A DNA stretch of 62,509 nucleotides, the filler included, from Sandaracinaceae bacterium (lineage in GTDB: Bacteria; Myxococcota_A; Polyangia; Polyangiales; JADJQN01), in assembly GCA_947483975.1 (NCBI GenBank). It is 9 parts of 9 records of this genome, joined end to end, with 100 filler letters (N's around TTAATTAATTAA, not from the genome) between each part and the next. Parts side by side here need not be neighbours in the genome. Positions count along the whole stretch, not along the records: positions 48,934 to 55,677 come from CANKOL010000292.1; positions 55,778 to 62,509 come from CANKOL010000293.1; 7 more parts are not named here. The stretch is one strand, 5' to 3'. The notes below the pieces were generated by a model. That model saw only the letters and a program-made list of their open reading frames with translations, did not search any database and was not told where the DNA came from. This document shows, one piece after another, positions 54,709-62,509 of this stretch. The position numbers and the translations under genes were made by a program. Within the stretch, counting starts at the first letter, position 1; each line of letters begins with the position of its first letter.

Positions 54709-55677
54709 ATGTCGAGCATCGAGCGCGAGGCCCCGCGCGGGCGCGATGAGCCAGACGAGCGCGTGCTGCGCGTCGTCGAGCTGAACCGCGTCGCGCGCGC
54801 CGCGCTCGAGAGCGGCTTCCCCGATGTGTGGGTCGAGGGCGAGCTGAGCGACGTGGTGCGCGCGGCTTCGGGGCATCTCTACTTCACGCTCAACGACGGG
54901 CAGGAGCCGGCGCAGGTGCGCGGCGTGATGTTCCGCAACGACGCGAGGCGCGCGAAGGCGCGCTTCGTCAACGGCGAGAAGGTGCGGCTGCGCGGCGGGC
55001 TCACGCTCTACGAGGCGCGCGGCAGCTATCAGCTCGTCGCGCGCGTCGCGCTGCCGGCGGGCGAGGGCGATCAGCACGCCGAGCTCGCAAAGTTGCGGGA
55101 GAAGCTCGCGAAAGAGGGGCTCTTCGACCCGAAGCGCAAGCGCCCGCTGCCGCGTGTGCCGCGCGTCGTCGGCGTCGTGACGAGCACGGCGGGCGCGGCG
55201 GTGCACGACATCATCGAGGTCGCGCGCGCGCGCTGCCCGGTGCGCATCGTCGTCGCGAATTGCCTGGTGCAGGGCGCAGAAGCGCCGGGCTCGATCGTGC
55301 GCGCGCTGATCGCCATCCAAAAATTGCCGGAGCTCGAGGTCGTGATCGTCGGGCGCGGCGGCGGCGGCGCAGAGGACCTCGTCGCCTTCCAAGACGAGCG
55401 CGTCGCGCGCGCCATCGCGGCGTGTCGGGTGCCGGTCGTCAGCGCCGTCGGGCACGAGGTGGATGTGACCATCGCGGACCTCGTCGCGGATGTGCGCGCG
55501 GCGACTCCGTCGAACGCCGCGGAGCTCGTCGTGCCAGATCGGCGGGCGCTCCTCGGGGAGCTCGAGGGCAAGGTGCGCGGCCTCGAGCGCGCGCTCGACG
55601 CGCAGCTCGATCGGGCGCGGCTGCGGCTCGACAAGCTCTCGCGGCGCGTCGCCGATCCGCGGCGCGCGCTCGGGCGC
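54709..55677 (+). CDS. xseA: Exodeoxyribonuclease VII large subunit, 3' truncated
   Basis: VWVEGELS, SGHLYFTL, GRGGGGAEDL, SAVGHEVD, RAATPSNAAE. Confidence 0.96.
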
Positions 55678-55777
55678 NNNNNNNNNNNNNNNNNNNNNNN
55701 NNNNNNNNNNNNNNNNNNNNNTTAATTAATTAANNNNNNNNNNNNNNNNNNNNNNNNNNNNNNNNNNNNNNNNNNNN

Positions 55778-56002
55778 CGCGCGTACCTCTCGGAGCTCGA
55801 GCGGGCGCGCGGCAGCGACCCCTCGGTGCTCTGGACGCTCGTGCTGCTCGCGGGCTTCGTCGCCTGGGTCGGCGGCGCGCTCGGTCTCGCCCTCCGCGGC
55901 ATGGACCTCGAGGGCCGCCTCGTGCCGGCCGTCGCGCGACACTTCGCCACGATCATGTTCGTCGGCCTCGTCGCCTTCGTCGCGGGCCTCGCGCTCGCCT
56001 GA
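55778..56002 (+). CDS. Membrane protein C-terminal fragment
   Basis: Two hydrophobic helices in an open frame from the contig start. Confidence 0.55.
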   Translation, partial: RAYLSELERARGSDPSVLWTLVLLAGFVAWVGGALGLALRGMDLEGRLVPAVARHFATIMFVGLVAFVAGLALA

Positions 56003-56094
56003 CGCCGCCGCGATGCGCCACCCGGCGGCGCGCTCCCCGCGGACGAGCCGCCGCACTCCTTGATGCGCCCGCTCGACTGCGGTACGCACGCCGC

Positions 56095-57352
<1,258 letters not shown>

Positions 57353-57360
<8 letters not shown>

Positions 57361-58021
57361 GCGCGCCGCGAGCAAGAGCGCGCCGGTCGTCGTCGCGGTC
57401 CCGAAGGGGCGCGTGCTCAAGCAGCTCGCGCCGCGCCTCGCGACGATGGGCGTCGACCCGCAGACGCTCCTCGCCGATGATCGCCGCCTCGTGCGCGACG
57501 ACGAGCGCACCGGGCTGCGCTTTCTGCTGCTGAAGCCCGACGATGTGCCGACGTACGTCGAGTACGGCGTCGCGGACCTCGGCGTCGTCGGGCGAGATGT
57601 GCTCCTCGAGCGCGAGTACGACCTCTACGCGCCGGTCGATCTCGGCATCGGCGTATGCCGGATGGTCGTCGCGGGCATCGCCGGTCAGACGCCGACGCGC
57701 GAGCCGCTGCGCGTCGCGACGAAGTTCGCCAACATCGCCGCGCGGCACTTCCTCGCGAGCGGGCGCAACGTCGAGATCATCTACGTGCAGGGCTCGGTCG
57801 AGCTTGCGCCGCTGACCGGGCTCGCGGACGTGATCGTCGACCTCGTCGAGAGCGGCGAGACGCTCAAGCAAAACGGCCTCACCGTGCTCGAGCACATCTG
57901 CGACGTCTCGAGCGTCGTCGTCGCCAACCGCGCCGCCTTCAAGCTCAAGCGCGCGCTGCTCGCGCCGGTGCTCGAGGCGCTCGCCGGGGCGAGGCTCCAC
58001 GCCGCCGCCCCGTCACGCTGA
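57353..58021 (+). CDS. hisG: ATP phosphoribosyltransferase, short form
   Basis: [45 protein letters not shown]; 222 aa, no C-terminal regulatory domain. Confidence 0.95.
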
Positions 58022-58050
58022 GCGTCGTTCCTCGCTCACCCGGAGCGCCC

Positions 58051-58539
58051 CTACAGGCGCTTCCGATACTTGACCTCGACCTCGTGAAAGCCGAGCGCCT
58101 CGTGCGCGCGGCGCGCTCCGGCGTTGAACGGCCAGGTCGTCGACTCGAGCACCTGACAGCCCTCGTCGCGGAACACCGCGGCGAGCGCCTCGAGCAGCTT
58201 GGCGCCGATGCCATCGCTGCGCGCCCCCTCGTCGACGTACCAGTCCTCGACGACGCCCTTGCGCTGCAGCACGCGCCGGTCGTCGTCCTCCTCGGTGTGC
58301 CCCGTCGCGTAGCCCACGGGCTCGCCCGCGCGCTCGGCGATCAGCACGACGGCGCGCGGCGAGCGCAGCAGCGCGTCGACGTCGTCTTGGAGCGCGCTCT
58401 CGAGGTCGCGGTACGCGTAAAACGGCGCGAGCGCCTGCGGGAGGATCGAGTCGCGGTGCGCGACGTAGAGCGCGCGGTGAAAGTGCAGGACGAGCGCCCG
58501 GTCGGTGCGGTGGGCGCGGCGGATTAGGACGACCGTCAT
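58051..58539 (-). CDS. GNAT family N-acetyltransferase
   Basis: WYVDEGARSDGIGAKLL, NAGARRAHEALGF. Confidence 0.85.
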   Translation of the reverse strand: MTVVLIRRAHRTDRALVLHFHRALYVAHRDSILPQALAPFYAYRDLESALQDDVDALLRSPRAVVLIAERAGEPVGYATGHTEEDDDRRVLQRKGVVEDWYVDEGARSDGIGAKLLEALAAVFRDEGCQVLESTTWPFNAGARRAHEALGFHEVEVKYRKRL

Positions 58540-58639
58540 CGCGCCGGACGGTAGCACGCGCGCGGCGGCCGCCCCTCGTCGAGGGCAGCCGCCGCGCAGC
58601 GCAGTCACTCGGGCGTCGCGGGTCAGTCCGCGTCGCCGC

Positions 58640-59107
58640 TCACTCGGTCGCTTCGTCGCCCGTCTCTTGCGGACTGTCGGCGCCGTCCTCGGCGCGCGAG
58701 GTCGAGTGCCGCGACGTGTGCGTGCGCTCGACGAGCGTCGTCGAGCCGCTCAGCGCGACGAGCGGGCGGAGCTTGCGCAGCGTCGCGCGACCGATGCCGC
58801 GCACGCGCAGCAGGTCCTCGACGCGCCCGAAGCGCTGCCCGCTCAAGCGCCCGCGGGTCGCAAGAATCGCCGCCGCCTTGGATGGCCCGATGCCGGGGAG
58901 CCGCATCAGCTCGTCGGCGCTCGCGGTGTTGACGTTGACGACGCCGTCCTCCGTCGCCGCCGTCGTCGCCTCGGTCTGCGCCTGTGCCTGCACCGGGCGC
59001 GCGCTCCGTTGCTGCGCCGAGGCGTTGGCCGTGAGGCCGAGCCCGAGCATGGCCGCGAGGGCCGCCGCGATCACCGTCACCGTCTGCTTCTTGTCGTGGT
59101 TCTTCAT
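58640..59107 (-). CDS. comEA: ComEA family helix-hairpin-helix DNA-binding protein
   Basis: Signal peptide, VNVNTASADELMRLPGIGPSKAAAI, DLLRVRGIG. Confidence 0.9.
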   Translation of the reverse strand: MKNHDKKQTVTVIAAALAAMLGLGLTANASAQQRSARPVQAQAQTEATTAATEDGVVNVNTASADELMRLPGIGPSKAAAILATRGRLSGQRFGRVEDLLRVRGIGRATLRKLRPLVALSGSTTLVERTHTSRHSTSRAEDGADSPQETGDEATE

Positions 59108-59232
59108 GAAAATACCCTGCTTTCTTTGCGTTCTTCTCGAACTACTTGCTGTACCGACTACTCGGTGCCCGCGACCATCGCGCGCACCTCTGCTCTCACG
59201 CGGGCTGCCCACGCGGGCGCGCCCTCGGTCGC

Positions 59233-59514
59233 TCAGCCGACGAAGAGATCGCCCGGGGTGGCGTCGTCGGGCGCACCGTTGCCGCTCACGCGGCGCGGGC
59301 GAGCGTCGTCCTCCGCGGTCCACGTACGCAGCTGCACCTGCCCGTTCACCGGCAGCGCATCGAGGCGCACGTTGAGCGAGCCGTCGCGGTTCTGAAACGC
59401 CGCGCCGCAGCGCACCCAGTACTTCTTCTCGCCGCGCTCGACGATCGTGTACGCGATCATCATCCCCGAGCGCCCGCCGCCTGCGCCCGCCGACCAACCA
59501 TTCTTCTGATCCAT
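59233..59514 (-). CDS. Small hypothetical protein (W.R.G.AF.N.DGS..V.LDALP motif), possible ssDNA-binding protein
   Basis: Strong GAGGAGG RBS; beta-rich core with aromatic/basic residues and acidic tail ...DDATPGDLFVG. Confidence 0.7.
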   Translation of the reverse strand: MDQKNGWSAGAGGGRSGMMIAYTIVERGEKKYWVRCGAAFQNRDGSLNVRLDALPVNGQVQLRTWTAEDDARPRRVSGNGAPDDATPGDLFVG

Positions 59515-59569
59515 CGCAACCTCCTCCTCGCGCTGCGCCCATCGCAGCGTCGTGATGGAGGGGACCTTG

Positions 59570-59585
59570 AGCACGCGATGTGCCG
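59570..59585 (-). promoter_or_regulatory. Possible sigma54 promoter
   Basis: CGGCACATCGCGTGCT = GG-N10-GC, ~55 bp upstream of ATG 59514. Confidence 0.35.
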
Positions 59586-59802
59586 GACTTCGGCCACGTG
59601 ATTTCAGGTACTTACGAGCGCGTTTTGGCGGAATCGCTGGCGGCCGCCGTCGGCCCGCCGGCGGATGGCGCCGCGCGCGCGTCTCACCACGGTGCTTGTC
59701 CCGCGCGCTCGGGCCATGGCACCATGCGCCCGTCCTGTGGCCCGCCGAGGAGGCCGCATCGCGCCAGCGCGCGAGGCGGGGCGAGCGCTCGACTGGAGGA
59801 CC

Positions 59803-61278
59803 ATGAAGATCGCCCTTTCCACCCATGCACCGCTCGGAACTGAAGCAGACCTCCTCGCCCTCGGCGTCAAGTCAGACCGCCTCCAGAAGGACCCGACACT
59901 CAAGGCGATCGACGACGCGCTCGGAGGCGCGCTCCAGCGCCTGATCGCGGACGACAGCTTCAAGGGCACGCTCGGCGAGACCCTGACCATCGCCGCGCCG
60001 CACGGCCTCAAGGCCGCGCGCTTCGTGCTGATCGGGCTCGGCTCCGGCACCTTCACCAGCCGCGACGCCCGCGCGTTCGGCGCCAAGGCGGCGCAGGTCG
60101 CGAGCCGCCTCGGGACGCTCGCCGTCGTCTCCCCCGCCACCACCGACGCTCAACTCCGCGCGCTCGCGGAGGGGCTCGCGACGGGCAGCTATCGCTACAC
60201 GCAGTACCTGACCGGCGACCGCAAGCCGAAGCGTCAGCTCAGCGAGATCACCGTGCTCGTCTCGGCGAAGGCGTCGAAGGACGCGCGCGCCGCGCTCGAT
60301 GACGGGCTCGCCGTCGCGGAGTCCATGAACCTCGCGCGCGACCTCGTGAACGCGCCGCCGAACGACCTGCACCCGGTCGCGTTCGCGCAGATCGCCAAGA
60401 CCGAGGCGCACAAGCTCGGGCTCGAGTGCACCGTGCTCGACGAGAAGGCGATGGAGAAGCGCGGGATGCACCTGCTGCTCGCCGTCGCGCGCGGCAGCTC
60501 CGCGAAGCCCCGCTTCGTGCACATCAAGTACGTGCCGAAGAAGCCGAAGAAGGGCGCGAAGAAGGTCGTCTTCGTCGGCAAGGGGCTGACGTTCGACTCG
60601 GGCGGGCTCTGCATCAAGCCGGGCAAGTCGATGATCGAGATGAAGTGCGACATGGGCGGCGCGGCGGTCACGCTCGCGACGGTGCTCGCGGCGGCGCGCC
60701 TGCAGCTCCCGGTCGAGGTGCACGGCATCCTGGCGTGCGTCGAGAACATGCCCGACGGCGACGCCTATCGCCCCGGCGACGTCTTCCCGTCGCTCGACGG
60801 AAAGACCGTCGAGATCATCAACACGGACGCCGAAGGGCGCCTCGTGCTCGCGGACGCGCTCGCCTATGCGCGCGAGCTCGAGCCGGACTTCCTCATCGAT
60901 CACGCGACGCTCACCGGCGCCTGCATGGTCGCGCTCGGCGCCTTCACCGCGGGGCTCTTCGCCAACGACGAAGACCTCGCGAAGAAGTACGCCGCCGCCG
61001 CCGCAGAGTCGGGCGAGAGCTACTGGCGCCTGCCGCTCACCGACGAGCTGCGCGAGACGCTCAAGAGCGACATCGCGGACCTCAAGCACATGGGCGACGC
61101 GCACGGCGGCGCGATCACGGCGGCGCTGTTCCTCCGGGAGTTCGTCGGCAAGACGAAGTGGGCGCACCTCGACATCGCGGGCCCGACGTTCGCGGACCGC
61201 GCGCGCAGCATCTATCCGAAGGGCGGCACGGGCTTCGGCGTGCTGACCGCGCTGAACTTCCTCGAGCAGCTCGCGTGA
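59803..61278 (+). CDS. pepA: Leucyl aminopeptidase (M17)
   Basis: GGAGGA RBS; VGKGLTFDSGG..K, MKCDMGG, NTDAEGRL, HLDIAG. Confidence 0.95.
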   Translation: MKIALSTHAPLGTEADLLALGVKSDRLQKDPTLKAIDDALGGALQRLIADDSFKGTLGETLTIAAPHGLKAARFVLIGLGSGTFTSRDARAFGAKAAQVASRLGTLAVVSPATTDAQLRALAEGLATGSYRYTQYLTGDRKPKRQLSEITVLVSAKASKDARAALDDGLAVAESMNLARDLVNAPPNDLHPVAFAQIAKTEAHKLGLECTVLDEKAMEKRGMHLLLAVARGSSAKPRFVHIKYVPKKPKKGAKKVVFVGKGLTFDSGGLCIKPGKSMIEMKCDMGGAAVTLATVLAAARLQLPVEVHGILACVENMPDGDAYRPGDVFPSLDGKTVEIINTDAEGRLVLADALAYARELEPDFLIDHATLTGACMVALGAFTAGLFANDEDLAKKYAAAAAESGESYWRLPLTDELRETLKSDIADLKHMGDAHGGAITAALFLREFVGKTKWAHLDIAGPTFADRARSIYPKGGTGFGVLTALNFLEQLA

Positions 61279-62027
61279 TTCGAGCAGAGCGGCGAGTGCG
61301 CGTCCCTCTCCGACGAGCGGGCGGCGCGCTCGCGGCTCTCGGGTTCGCGCTCACGCTGTCTCTGGCAATGCAGGCGCACGCGCACCTCGGGCATCTCGTG
61401 ATGCGCGCCGAGCGCTACCTGAAGCTCGACGCGGCGCCGGGGGAGGTGCGCGTCGTCGTGTCGCTGATGCTCGGTCCGTCCGAGACGCGGCGCGCGCTCG
61501 AGCCCGCGGACACCAACGCGGACGGCAGCATCACGCAGGCCGAGGCGGACGCCTATCTCGTCGGTTGGGGCGCGGAGCTGCAGCGCGAGCTCACGGTGAC
61601 GATCGACGGGGCGCCGGCGGAGGGCGTCGTCTGGCGCGACGGCGTGCTCGATCCGATCGGGCCCATCGCGATGCAGCCGCTGACGGTCGAGATGATCGCG
61701 CACGTCCCGCTGCGCGGCGGCGAACACACGCTCCGGGTGCGCGACGCGATGGACCTCGCGCGTCTCGAGCGGACGGACGTCGCCTTTCGCACGCACGACG
61801 AGGCGACGCTGCTGCGCGCGGGCGCCGGAGAAGCGCCCGCTGAGCTCGAGCGCGAGCTCAGCTTCGGCCTCGACTACGCGCCGCCGGGCGGCCGCGTCTT
61901 CACCGCCGTCGTGCGCACGCCCGAAGAGCCGATGAGCCGCGCCGTGATCGCTGCGCTGTTGCTCGGCGTCTTCACGCTCGTCGGCGCCGTCGTCGCGCTC
62001 GCCGCGCGTCGCAAGCGCCGCCAGTAG
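61275..62027 (+). CDS. Exported protein with N-terminal His motif, EF-hand-like loop and C-terminal TM anchor
   Basis: GTG overlaps the pepA stop; AHA-HLGH, DTNADGSITQAE, C-terminal hydrophobic helix + RRKRRQ. Confidence 0.7.
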   Translation: MIRAERRVRVPLRRAGGALAALGFALTLSLAMQAHAHLGHLVMRAERYLKLDAAPGEVRVVVSLMLGPSETRRALEPADTNADGSITQAEADAYLVGWGAELQRELTVTIDGAPAEGVVWRDGVLDPIGPIAMQPLTVEMIAHVPLRGGEHTLRVRDAMDLARLERTDVAFRTHDEATLLRAGAGEAPAELERELSFGLDYAPPGGRVFTAVVRTPEEPMSRAVIAALLLGVFTLVGAVVALAARRKRRQ

Positions 62028-62049
62028 CCGCGGTGCGTCGGAGCCCGCG

Positions 62050-62509
62050 TCAGGGCACGCAGCGCTGGGTGCCGAGCACCTGCACGGTGCCCTCGAGCGC
62101 GTCCACGGCTGCGCACCGCGCCTCGGAGTCCGGCGAGGCGAGGGTGGACTCCCACTGCACGAGCCAGAGCAGGCCGCGCTGCGTGACGGTGCGCGCCGTG
62201 GCGCTGTGCTCGGTGACCCACCGAGCGAGGTCCGCGTGTCCCGCCGAGGTCGCGCGGGCCGAGTCGGCCGACGGGACGCGCAGCGCCGTCGGGCGCACCA
62301 GCCAGTAGGTCACGCGCTGGCCGTTGGCCGGCGCAGCGAGCGGCTCCCACGCCTCGAGGCGCGCCTGCCGAGCGACCGGCTGCCCTTCGTCGAGCGGATA
62401 GCGGCCGACGTAACCCGGTGCCCGAAACGTCGTGACGGCATAGGGAAGCCCGGCCGGCTCGGTGGTCGCGGAGGTGCGCGGCGGCGGCAGCGTGAAGCGC
62501 GCGACGCCC
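62050..62509 (-). CDS. Hypothetical protein, 5' truncated
   Basis: Frame ends GTVQVLGTQRCVP* and appears open toward the window end. Confidence 0.45.
   Translation of the reverse strand, partial: GVARFTLPPPRTSATTEPAGLPYAVTTFRAPGYVGRYPLDEGQPVARQARLEAWEPLAAPANGQRVTYWLVRPTALRVPSADSARATSAGHADLARWVTEHSATARTVTQRGLLWLVQWESTLASPDSEARCAAVDALEGTVQVLGTQRCVP

Overview
The window is not one locus. It holds nine unrelated ~6.7-7.0 kb contigs, sorted by decreasing length and joined by artificial 100-nt linkers (N44-TTAATTAATTAA-N44). The genome is very GC-rich, and its gene content (TIGR02266-type PilZ/PEGA protein, Cys-rich secreted proteins, AgmX/PglI-like domains, giant metzincin lipoproteins) points to Myxococcota, probably Polyangiales-like (inference). 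Most genes are housekeeping (rimO, argB/argE/argA, purD/purH, tgt/queA, folK, xseA, murA, hisG, comEA, pepA, tRNA-Cys) or predicted secreted/lipoprotein genes. The most unusual region is 21.8-24.1 kb. The last 69 bp of a lytic transglycosylase gene recur 1281 bp downstream, with only synonymous changes over the last 15 codons. Each copy precedes a lipoprotein gene with a divergent N-terminus and a conserved 74-aa C-terminal domain. Between the copies lie an internally deleted DUF3800 gene, a 122-bp MITE inserted at its stop codon, and a convergent ~60-nt structured RNA candidate. Other highlights are tandem giant zinc-metalloprotease lipoproteins, a small putative ssDNA-binding gene upstream of comEA, an EamA-extracytoplasmic domain fusion and an orphan octamer repeat. 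All family calls come from motif recognition by eye; no searches were run.
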